A stretch of DNA of 64,000 nucleotides from Pecten maximus (lineage: Eukaryota), in NCBI RefSeq assembly GCF_902652985.1, contig NC_047020.1, positions 40,424,001-40,488,000 of the forward strand. The letters run 5' to 3'. Positions within the stretch are counted from its first letter, which is position 1, and each line of letters begins with the position of its first letter. Below, piece after piece: positions 12,583 through 24,554 of the stretch. Position numbers and translations under genes: made by a program. The notes below the pieces were generated by a model. It ran no database searches and was not told where the DNA came from. It worked only from the letters and a program-made list of their open reading frames with translations.

Positions 12583-15110
12583 TCGGCTATCACGATCGCT
12601 TTTGATCCATCTTCTCATTATCAAATTATTGTCATACGTCAAAAAAATAACATGCATTGATATTTAAGGATTGTAAACCAAGGTACGTTACTGAAGTTTG
12701 TGTGCTAACCCCAACTTCCGGTTTTTCGAGTGTTACACCTTGTTTACATGTACAATTCTTCTGTACGGAATATATACTTTTTTTTCGAATTCAAGTGCTA
12801 TAATCTACTTTTCATCTTTCAACAAGAGATCGAGGAGAGATATTGGCGCCCACCATTGAATAAACTGTTTTTGCTCTATGTATAGTAATGTATCTGCCTT
12901 AATGGTCTGATAACAAGGAAGCCCTCGTAAGAAATGTAGGAGTCATATTAGAGGCAATTGTTCTGTGAATTAGAAATATGCATAACTTGGCACCAAGAGT
13001 AATCTACATACAGTATGAAGCCTGAATCAAGGAAAACCTACATATGAAATCTAAGATATCTACGAAGAACATTCTTGAATTAGAAATCTTAACACAAAAA
13101 TTAACTGGCAGCCATTTTGTTTTCTTGGTCAAATTCCAAATGAGGCTAATACACCGAGAGGTCAGCAAGGGCACTGCCATGTGTATAGGGAGCAAACTTT
13201 ACATCATACACATCCTACTCCTTATCTTTTGGGCTTACAGAAATGGAAATACCTGTATTAAACTCTTGTTCTTTACTTTTGACCCTTAAGGTCTGAACAA
13301 AATTATTAAAGATTATTAAAGACACAAACTGAACTTTGGCCTTTGACCCAGTGACCTTGACATTTGGAAAAAGAACTACTTGTTTATATTCCAGCAACAT
13401 TGATTCATCATCTCATAGCTGAGATACAGAGATGCACGAGTATATATATATACTATAAATATAGTCTATGGGTTTTAAAACACTAATGCAAGCCGTCTCT
13501 GCACACTACTTTTGAGCATGCGCGAACCCGATAATGAATGTAAACAAACTGAGTTACGTGTTACATAGAAAACGGTGATAGTAAATGTATGAAACAAATA
13601 TGGAGTATTACTGTTTGGAAAGGAATATGACAGATGTGACTTTTTAAGCGGTTGCGACAACAAGGACGGAATTGAAAGCAATACCTTACCAAGATCCTGA
13701 TCGGGCTACTGGTTTGTTTTTGTTCTGTACAACTTTTGTTATCCTCTTATCTAATACGTACCTGTTTTGGTATTGTTCTTACTACATCATGGTTGAAATA
13801 TGCTTGCATTCGTACACAAATGTAAATACCTTAAGGAAATATGATGCACTAGGTAAGGTTATTACGGGGGTCCTTAAGGGTAATAATCTACTACGGATTA
13901 ATGTTGTCAGGTAGGCTAACCAAGTGACATTTTTCTACCAGAGGGCTACTTATTATATCTCTCCATTATATGGCTTCATAAAGGTAAAACAGTGCAAGAA
14001 TTTTCAGGATATCTGAATTCTTTAAAGAATTTATTTTTATTTATTATTCAGACTGTAAAAGATGCAAAAAATAAAGAAAGTTTTCAGTAAAAGCAAGATT
14101 CATACAGTAGAATGTTTTAAAACGTCAGAAAACATGTCATTTTGATAATATCTGTACAACTTTCTCTATAATGCTATTTTTTTCGTCCACAATTTCTTGA
14201 TCATTTGCTATAACGTGTAGTTGGTACAATAGCTATTTATTTAGTTCTGCTGAAATAAACTACCACATTTATTGTAACCTGACCTGCATAAAGTCTATTT
14301 TCCATCTATTTTTTTTCTTTTCTTTTTTTATCTCGTAAAAAATAGGTTGAGGCTTGAGTAATAATCTGCTGTACCTTTTTTTTCTTTCTTTTTAACAATT
14401 GTACTCTCAAATTTTGTAAACCTACTTAATGCACACCTCCAATTTAAGAGACATAAAAAATATATAATTCCAAAAATGTGTATGTAACATCCGAATCCGT
14501 ATATAGGTCTTACACAGAAATCGAATGTCACACAATTAAGTAATCAATATAGAGGTACTCATAGAAACAGTAGCCTTCATACTACATTGTAATTAGCATG
14601 AGACCAAATATTATTGATAAATTATTTAGTTTAAGAATACTCGATTCATGTGGATATACAATATACAACACATGTTTTAGAATCAGCCCACTAGAGCAGG
14701 TATTATCCGTAGTCATATTTATTTTTTTAAAAGAGTAACCACGTTTCAAAGTTTTTGATTTGCATGATGTTATCATATTAATTGAAAATATTCTATATGA
14801 AATGCTTGTCCTGACAGAGATATATACTATTGTTGTCCAATTCAATAGTCTAGATCTTCATATATGAAAATCATGATCATAATCGTAATATTGCCCCATG
14901 GGCCGAGTTTATACATCTAAAATCCAATAAACTTTATACAGAAAACTTGATACAGCAAATTGCCTTTATCCCGTTATTGAGATTTGATATTCAATACATT
15001 TCATCGAACAAGTATAGCAATTATGATTTTGACATCAAACATGTATAGCAGTCAGGGGGATCGAAAACGTGTGTGGACACGTATCTTTCTTATAGATGTA
15101 TTTCCATTAC

Positions 15111-15116
15111 CTTCAT
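15111..15116 (-). CDS. Putative coding exon 1 (Met-Lys) of FKRP-like copy A
   Basis: Minus strand ...cgtATGAAG|gtaatg, phase 0, in frame with exon 2 (MK|VSVYLMLSFG). The same ATGAAG|GT junction occurs at 32586-32591 (B) and 40757-40762 (C). Confidence 0.55.
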
Positions 15117-15171
15117 ACGAAAAGCGGATATTTTGTTATGAGTAAACCTAATTATCAGGCATACAAACACA

Positions 15172-15180
15172 TTTTATATA
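15172..15180 (-). promoter_or_regulatory. TATA box candidate for copy A (TATATAAAA)
   Basis: About 55 bp upstream of the putative exon-1 ATG; conserved at 32647-32655 in unit B. Confidence 0.4.
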
Positions 15181-15951
15181 CTCCTGTGGTGAGCAACGTG
15201 AGTTACACAACATGTACATTAAAGTCTATGTAGCCGAACTTCTGTCATTGTATCCATGATGTGAACGTGATATCAGGATTTTCATGAAATACAATGTAAA
15301 CTGCCCAACTTTCCAGTTTTGTAAACCATCTAATTTTCAGAAACATATAAGTATACGTCCTAATTCATTATAAATTAAATTGTTTGCTATATGTAAACAT
15401 CAATACCCCGATATTAACAAGGATTAATAATGACAGCGATGAGACACACTTTTCAAACCCATGATTGATACATATTGTCAAGAACGTCGATCGTGTCCTT
15501 TATATCGTTGTACAAATTATATACATGTATTTATACCATATGTAACGACCGTGGACAGGACTTTGATTATTAGAATGTTATGTTTTTTTTCAGTACAAAT
15601 GTGTACAATTTTTTTCACTGGACTAAAAAGACAAAACTTAATGTTACACAATACTAATGATATAGACAAAATGAACATGTTATAAATGATATTGTTTCAC
15701 TCATAAAATAACAAGGTCTTTTTCTTAATTTCCTTTTTTACTAAAGGTTTGTGTTAGCGATAGATATCAAATGTTCTGGTAGAGTAGTAACTATCCTCTT
15801 CCGTTGCGTTTAGTGGCAACATTTCCCCATAATAATCATATTTTCTGCGTTAGGTGAATGTACCGGCCGTAACAATCGTTTGGCACGCATGTTGTTTACG
15901 TGAAGCCAGTCGATCGTCTGGATGTGTTTGCAACCAATCCTAGATCTGTTC

Positions 15952-15965
15952 CCGCCAGAGGGCGC
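15952..15965 (+). promoter_or_regulatory. CTCF-motif candidate (CCGCCAGAGGGCGC)
   Basis: Close match to the CTCF core consensus, between the C-type 3' end and the A promoter; identical at 34129-34142. Confidence 0.3.
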
Positions 15966-16999
15966 AACATGTTGCTCTTTATTTGAATACGTAGCAGATA
16001 ACCATTGACCGTGTATTAATTTGTCTGGATAAATATATTATCGCTTCTGCTTCAATTATAAAATCCATGTCAGACTTATTTGACCCTTTAAGGTAATTGT
16101 ACTGTATCGTGTTAATAAGGTCTTCTTAAACTTCTGAAACAATTTTGTGGGTACTTGATCTCTTGACAGTTAACAAATATATGACGATTGTCTATAGTGA
16201 ACGTTATAGGGCCTGGTATGAAGGTGTTATTGCATTATTATGTCAAAAATTTAATATGGCCGCTGTGACGTCATACCTTAATAATTTGAATGACTAAAAC
16301 TAGAAAACAATCCCCTTAACAGTTTTTTTTTTCGGAAAGATATTATTATACTATGTTTGGGGCTAATTTTCAAATTGTATGTCTCAATCTCGGGGAAATT
16401 ATTTACTTGTATTCATATTTGACCTAGATTTGTATGACGTGTGTCATCGATGATTTAGAAGACGCTTACCATTCCGGAACAATTTGTCTTATTATCCTGG
16501 TACGTTTCTAATGGTGTCATGCAAATCAATATATATGTATATTCAATTCTTTATCGATTTCTAGAATAGTTGTTTCCATTGAAATCCATCACATAGTTTT
16601 CCCCTCGATCAATTTTTGGTTGGAATAACGGTTTCGTTACTATGACGGGATTCTCTAATTTTTTAACATAGATTATTTTACTTACAAAATAATCTTAATC
16701 TAGCAAACATTGATGAACCATATAGAAACATTGTTGATAACCATGGAATCTCAAACTAAACTTTAATATGAATATCGCTTGATATCAATAACAATTACAA
16801 CAGCATTGAACTTCGTGATTTGCATTTTTGCAACGGAAGTAAAATATTGGTAATTAAAACATCCGATTGGCACATCAAAATCGTCGTGTATTACCTACAT
16901 GTACTTGTATTCAATTAAACATTGTTTGATACTAGATTATGCTTCAATTACAAACATACAGTTGAAACTAATTAACTCCTATTGAAGTCGTCCGCGATT

Positions 17000-17105
17000 C
17001 TATGGTATCGGGTCACGGAACTGGATATTTCCATCTGTACGGTAATTGTCTTTGCAATCATGCGCGTCCCCTTTCGGACACTTTGAAAACATGTAAATCT
17101 TCTTA
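17000..17105 (-). pseudogene. Orphan 3' coding fragment of C-type FKRP-like gene at the duplication junction
   Basis: KKIYMFSKCPKGDAHDCKDNYRTDGNIQFRDPIP* is nearly identical to the end of copy C (35440-35545). Homology stops abruptly at 17105. Confidence 0.9.
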
Positions 17106-17210
17106 ATAAACTTGGGAAGCAGTACAATAGACTGTAACAGTTCAAACATGAAAACAGCAGTGATACGGACGCCGCTCGTATTCTGCTTGATTCTTTGATA
17201 GTAGGTCATG

Positions 17211-17330
17211 ACAATCTCGGTTATATTTACACAAACTCGGTAAGATTTCCACAATGTCAGTAATATTTACACAAACTAGGAAATATTAACACAAACTCTG
17301 TAATAGTTCCACAAACTCGGTAATATTTAT
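17211..17330. repeat. 20-bp minisatellite, 6 copies
   Basis: acaaactcggtaatatttac units about 100 bp from the junction. Confidence 0.85.
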
Positions 17331-18639
17331 ACAGTCTGTACCAGTACATCGCTACTGTCACTATACTATATGAACAATGTTTACACTTATTTACACATAA
17401 ATATGTGTGCCGTAATATATACAGAACGTGCTATTTAACATTTAAACCACTGTATAATATCGTTATCCAACTAACCCAAATGGAATATAGATATCGCCTT
17501 GTAAACTATCGTGTTTGTGCTGCCAAGATTTCAAAACAGTCACGTAATGATTTAAAAATAATTTCCGCGCTAAATTTAGAGGGGGATTCCCAACTAAATC
17601 GAGTGGTCAAGCTGGACATAGGGATTGACTGTGAACATTGGGACAGAACAGAAACATATTCAGTGAAAATCATTCCGAGGAGTTATGAGGCAAAGTTCCT
17701 ATATCAACCCTCTGTAATGTGTATATAGTAATGTGCTGCAACACACGTATCCCTGTGCCGCTGCAAAAAAAATGCTGTTATGCGTGTCGGATCGGATCGG
17801 CCAGTGAATTGGCGACTGCACGTACACATTTTTATTTCGAACCCTTTAAAATCGAAGCAATACACTGTCACTGTCCATAAAAACCGCACGCCGAGAAAAT
17901 ATCCAAATACAGGAGAAGATAAATAGCAATTGGAAAGGACAGACAAATTAGTAATCTACACACACTCTCTCTCAAATCAAATCAAAATGTTAAAACACGC
18001 TTCACTGTGTAACTCTAGAAACTATCTTTTTCCACAGTCTTCATATCCTTCAAATATACCACTTGCAGTTAGGTCTCCTAAAAGTCATGATCGTTGTTTT
18101 CAGTCTGCTGAGAAGAAACAAATTAAGACTAAAAAGTAAAAGAAGAATTAAGAGGGCATAAATGTTAGTAATGGGGATCCATTTTTTAATATAATACTTT
18201 TGCAAAATCTCTGGTTTGTAATTAAATAGAGACAAAAAACATTATTCGGATAGGGTGCAAAATATGTAGTAAATTCCTACCGGAATTAATATTAAAATGG
18301 GAATGGTGATATTTACTCTTCTTGGTGTAGGTTTAAGTGTCAATCTAAAACTTAATTTTGGCAAAAAATGAATAAACAGGATATGGAGTACTCAAAAAGG
18401 TAAAATGCATCATATCTATTCTGTTATCTAAATTTAATGATGTATGTAATTGCCAAATCCAGACAATCCTTTTTGAATAATCTTAGCTTGGTACTCTTTA
18501 TTTTTTGATGTGGAATAGATAAATACAGAGGGATGTATTAACCCAGGACTATTGTGAAGGAGGATTCAAGATGGTAAAAATGACACTAAACATTGATTTT
18601 TGAAATTATGATAGGTAAGGTCAAAGGTCAGGTAAATGG

Positions 18640-18980
18640 TAGATCTTCGGCCAACTTATGTCTACCATCAAAGGCAAAAACCTTTACCAACACACTATAA
18701 CCGATAGTGAGAGTGGTTCCTCGACTCCAATGTCATAGCTCTTTTTCAGTTTTTCTTGAACGCGTTGGCTGAAACTAGCTCATAGGCTTTCTCCAATCGT
18801 TGTCGCAGACGATCTACACAAGCAGATAATGATGTTTCCTTTTGTCCGAAATCCACTCCGAAGGCTGAGTCTAAGGGTAGACGTGGAATTCTATCGAACA
18901 TCAGTATGGGCACTAATCTAGCAGATTTCTGTCTGGTGCAATCATACACTGTCATAAATTTCATCACGTGGCACATTAGT
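18640..18980 (-). mobile_element. Ty3/Gypsy integrase C-terminal fragment (unit B copy)
   Basis: Paralogue of 2340-2680. Confidence 0.75.
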
Positions 18981-20129
18981 TGTGAAACAGGCGTAGTTAT
19001 GGGATAGATATAGTTAATTTATACCACACCACATTGTCTAAAAAGTATTACCATCCAAACAGTTAGTGGAAAAGTTATTGAACATGCATTATGGTTTAGT
19101 ATAAACCGTATTTTATTTCGTAGGTTTGAACACTCCAAACAATATACTATCATTTAAGTGAAATGGGATCCAGAAACAAGTTGTTAAACTTATATATAAA
19201 CGTGTGTTTCCTTAGCAGAAATAATAGAGGATAAAGGAGACTTATTTAGCAAAAATTCAAAAATCTAAGATAGAAACAGCATTATTTAATAATTTAAAAA
19301 TGAGATTGCAAGAAAAAAAAATAGATAGGGAAGGGAAAGGGCGAGAATTTGCCTAAATCTAAACTCATACCTTAGTTATTAAAGTTGAAACATTTAAAAC
19401 AGTTTTTGATGCTGTGAAACAGCTGTTGCTATCAACCAATAGTAGGTGACAAAATAAGAGCGTCTTGTGCTCTGACTCTGGGACTGGATATATATATTAA
19501 TGATGAACTGTCAATTCACAAAAATAAAAAGCAATGTCTAAATATTTTAATTTTTGTTTTATAATATATAAAAAAACATTGAAAAAAGAAATTGATTGCG
19601 TTGTTTTCTTTCCGAACTATTATGTATGATGTATGTCGTCAATGACACCACGACGCCATCTATTTTTTTTTTGTTCCAGACAAACATATACATCAATACT
19701 CTCTTAATTACGTAGATGTAATCATTGCTTATGAATACTCATATTTTAAATCTACTATTACATTCTTAATTATTGGGCAGTATAGTGTATGTAGAATTGA
19801 AACAATCAACAAATGAATATATTGACTGGAGCTAATTGAAAAATGGGATTGGAGGATAGTTTGGATAAAAAGTAGAAGCTGAGTTACAAAAGAAAATACA
19901 AAGAAAAGAGAAGAAGGAACGAGATTTCCGACGAAAGCAAAGGCAATTTCTGAAAGGGTGACAAAAAATAACTGACTATTGCTAATAAAACATTTAATCG
20001 GGGGGAAAAAAGGGTTGATACGAATCCAACAAAAACACAAGCAAATTGAAAAAGTATAAAAATTAATTACATTGGTAAATTTAAATCTATTTCATAATGA
20101 AAGACACTACCTTATTGTAATTGGTATAT

Positions 20130-21405
20130 TTATTTTCTAAAAGCTGAATGGTAAGCACTGAAATCCTCAATAAAAGTAGCTTCCTTGTCATATTTTTTTG
20201 CCAAGTATCTCTCGATGTTATATGAAGTTTTAAGGTTTCTAATTAGAGTGGGTAGGTAAAGAGCTTTACATGAATACTTTTGACAATAAATATAGTGCTT
20301 CATATTTAGTATTATAATATTTTTTGCTCTGTTATTTTGGTGTGGGTTTTGTGCTAATTTACCAAAAATGAAATCTTTTTTACATACATTAAATGTCTCA
20401 TTACAAGTAGCTTGCACCCAAATTTGGAAAGCCATAATTAAATTTTGGACTTTATTACATTCCCAAAGTACATGCTGTATTGTTTCTTTTTCTATGAAGC
20501 AGAAATTACACAAATCAGACTGAACCAAATGAATCTTTTTTCAAATAAGTGTTTGTAGCTAAGACATGATGATTAATTCTAAATTGCAACCATTGTAGTT
20601 TTGATTTTTTATTTGTGTCAAAAGGCAATCTGTATATTGTTTTCCATTCCTCAATAGGTGTATTTCCAAATATGGTGTCCCACTTTGCTTGTCCTGTAGG
20701 CAATACATTATTTTTATTCAATACATTATACATATCCTTGTACCTTTTTTACTTTTAATAACAATATCAATATACAGTGGTATCAATGGTAATTTAAGTT
20801 TTTTTTCAAAATTCCATCTTAATCGTTTAACTGCCAAATTAATACCATTATAATCAAGGAAGTTAGTATCTAAATTAAAAGTTTCATTAAATTCATTCTA
20901 TTGAAGAAAGCTGCCATCTTCTTTAAGTAAATCATTTATAAAAATCACACCTTTATCAAACCATTGCTTATAATATACAGTATTAATACCTATTTTTATT
21001 AAATCATTATACCAAATTGGTAGAGATAATATTTGTTCTGGCATAAATATTTCAATTTTCCCTCTTAATCTATTCCACGCATTAAAAACATCAATCCAAA
21101 ATTTGTTATGAAGTACATTTTTGATATTATATTCAATATATCTATTTCCTAACGTTAAAAGCTTATTTCTATTAATTTTTGTAAAAAGAAGTGTCTGCCA
21201 ATTTGAATGTTTAAGACAAATATTTCTAATCCATGTTGATTTTAAGGCCATTTCAAAATGTTGGATATTAACCATTTTCAAGCCACCTTCTTCATAACAT
21301 TTCACAATAATATCTCCTTTGACCTTTGCTATTGGACTTCCCCAAAGGTATTCATTGAACATATTTTGAATCTTTTTCATAGTAGATTGTTTCCCGAATT
21401 AGGCT
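20130..21405 (-). mobile_element. 5'-truncated L1/Tx1-clade LINE ORF2 (post-RT region and zf-RVT), disrupted
   Basis: YLWG..KVK..IVKCYEEGGLKMVNIQHFEMALKSTWIR, PIWYNDLIKI and QFRINHHVLATN..CNFC..ETIQHVLWEC, in broken frames. Confidence 0.88.
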
Positions 21406-22659
21406 GTTCTATTTAGATGACCATTGTTCAAGTGACGTGAAAAACGTAATTTAAAAAAAAAGTGTCATATGGATCAAATGAAAATTTAAGGATTTAAAAG
21501 AAATTGTAGCTGCTTGTCGATGTGTGTTTACATTGAGTTGGGTACATATTCAATTTGTTGCGTTGTCGTTTACACAACACAAAATGTATTGCAAATTGCC
21601 AAAGATTAAATGGGTAGAACATGTATTCAAAGAATAAGAGAAAAAGAGACAGTAGGGTAACGTGACAGAGGTTAAGTAGATAAAAATTAAGATGGTAAAG
21701 CGATTTTTAATATGGACAGCACTGTAAGATTTTCGTAAATTGATTACACGTCAGCATTATAGTAAAATTGGTTCAAGAGAATGTGACTTCACATTCTACA
21801 GAAGTTAAGCATAAAGTAACATGACAATATTAATAGCTGATTGACATACCTATTTCTAACATTTAGAAAATCAAAGTTATATGAGCAAAAAGTAAAATGT
21901 TCAAAAAACATAACATGGTAACATGACAAAAGGAATATGAATATAAATGATAGTTAGGTAGTTTGAAAATGTGTAGCTTTGCCCTGTATCCAAGTGTAGT
22001 TGGAATAAAATCAAATTAGAAATTTAAAAAAAATGCAAATTCCACTTCAAGAGGTAATAAGAAGAGATAATTCTTTTGACTAACTTCTGCATTATCAATT
22101 CTTGAGATCTGACCACCTTGGCCAACAAATACTGAATACACATTCAATTAACTTTTAACTTCCATATTGTCTCTATAACATCAATCCAACACTTAACAAA
22201 CCAGTGAATAATCTAGAGTATAAGTGCATATATTCTAGTAGATACGTACAATTTTTATACATAAGACCTCTACACAATATGAGTGTTATATACAAAACAA
22301 AAGTACAATAGGTAAAATTAGCAGGTATATTTATAGTTAAAACATGTATCAAAACAGGAAACTACTTGTCTGTAATCCTACACAGTATTGGGATAAATGC
22401 ATGAATTAACATATTTGCAAGTTTAATTTAGTTCTGGATTAAAGAGAAAAAAACATACTGGTATACAGAGAATGGTAATTGAACAACATAAAAATGTTGA
22501 GCAGATAGGTTTATGTAAAAATATACAATATTTAGTCATACTAGGATACATGAATAAATGTGTGATATAGGATCCATGTGACAACTACCTATACTCGATG
22601 TCAGGATTATGCGAACAACTACATTATAAGTGGATACGTGAACATCTTCGCCATATAGG

Positions 22660-23230
22660 GATAAGTGTACAACTATGTAATATATACATATGATTGCAGG
22701 AACGCGAAACAAGGATAAGTGTACAAGGTTTCACGATACGATACGTGAACAAATGCACGATATTGGGAAACGTGTACAACTAAGCGATATAGGGAAACGT
22801 GTACAACTGAACGATATAGGAAAACGTGTACAACTAAGATATATTGGTAAATGTGTTCAAATAAGATATATTGGAAAACGTGAACAACTAAGCGATTTTG
22901 GAAAACGTGTACAACTCAGATATACTGGAAAACGTGTACAACTCAGATACATTGGAAAACGTGTACAGCTAAGATATACATTTGTATTGGGAAACGTGTA
23001 CAACTAAGCGATATTGGAAACCGTGTACAACTAAGCGATATTGGAAAATGTGTACAACTAAGATATATTTGAAAACGTGTACAACAATAAGATATATTGG
23101 AACACGTGTACAACTAAGATATATTGGAAAACGTGTACAACAATGAGATATATTGGAAAACGTGTACAACAATGAGATATATTGGAAAACGTGTACAACT
23201 GCACGGTATTGGAATAGATGTATTACAACT
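22660..23230. repeat. 27-bp minisatellite (unit B copy, different unit count)
   Basis: Same unit as 5450-6300; degenerate continuation to ~24000. Confidence 0.92.
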
Positions 23231-23259
23231 AGGTGTTACGGGGTTTCATGTACGACTAC

Positions 23260-23674
23260 TGTGAACTACAAGGTTTTGTAGTCACTTGTAGAAATGTTGT
23301 GTATGGTGTAAGAGAGGAAGACGGAGTCCAAGTCGTTGTATCTTGGCTTATTTAAGTGTGTAGAACTGCTTAGTCCAGTCCTTGGAAACCGACTGTCTCA
23401 TATAGTAATTACATCTAATCTTTTATAGTACTAAGTCCTAGGTATGAGTGTATATGATTGATAGGTACATGATAATACGGAAGACGGCTGTCATATAGCC
23501 TAAGACAATATTAGATAACCATGTACAACATGCACCATTAATCTCAGATCAACTACGTCAACAGGTAAACAGAATTGGTGCCAAAGGGCAAATGTGTTAT
23601 ATAGAAATACAGATCTAGGAATAAAATCTTATATATATTTTTTACTAAATTGTAAAATAATTTATTATATTTCA
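23260..23674. mobile_element. Solo LTR (415 bp, TG...CA, 4-bp TSD CTAC)
   Basis: Absent from unit A, which has a single ctac near 6123. A second family member lies at 51095-51508. Confidence 0.85.
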
Positions 23675-24554
23675 CTACGCGATATAGGACTACGTGTAAA
23701 ATTACCCAGTATTGGACTGGTGTACTACAACTAAGTGTCAGAGGGGATACGTGTACAACTAAACGACACCCGGACACGTTGACAACTAGGTAGTATGTGG
23801 ATAACTATGCGATATGGTGAACAGATACATATAGGTTCATGTACAAATACGTAGTATAATGATACAACTACGAGATAGACACTGTAGAAATGCAGGTACC
23901 GCTACGTGTGTACAGCTAGACTATATAGGCGTTCGTGTACAGCTACCAGATATAGGGATATGTGTATACAATTATGCATACTGGGGTAGGGTACAACTAA
24001 GTGATAAAGTGATTGAGGGTCATGCAAACCTATCATATATTTTCCCTTCGACCGATTTTCATTGGAATTACGGTGTCATTATTATGTCGGTATTCCCTGG
24101 AGTATTTCACTAACAAACTAATATACCCTTTTTTTATCTAGAAAACAATAGTGAACCATACCGAAACATTGTTGACAATAATCAAATCTCAAAGTAAACA
24201 TCAAACAATTACAACAGAATTTAACTGCGTGATCTACTTTTGTTAACATACTGTAATGTAATCAAAATGTATGTAAAGCATGCGATTGTCACATCAGAAT
24301 CATCGTATTTGAACTACTTGTATTCAGTCAAACATTGTCATTTCTGACTGTATAGTAACTGTCAATGCAATAATACTCGTTTTCTTTGGGACACTTTAAA
24401 AATATGTAAATCTTCGCAGTCCATAATTCCTAGAGATGTTCAGGAAGATATTGAAATGTGATTTGATATCAATGAAAGTTAAATAAGAAATCCACTTTGT
24501 GATTTTCTCTTTTTTCGAGATAAGGATCATGGTCGATTTCGTAACTTAAACAAA

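Larger units (their letters stand above)
1..17105. repeat. Tandem segmental duplication unit A (left end outside window)
   Basis: Position 1 matches 17184 (tgcttgattctttgatagtaggtcatg). Homology with 17106-35545 is colinear throughout, with paired ORFs such as 215/17405, 13044/30517 and 15461/33635. It ends at tctta 17101-17105 = 35541-35545. Confidence 0.95.

Noticed and set aside
13004-14845. Short ORFs identical in both units
   Set aside because: Identity reflects the recent duplication; they lie in intron or repeat sequence and have no protein features.
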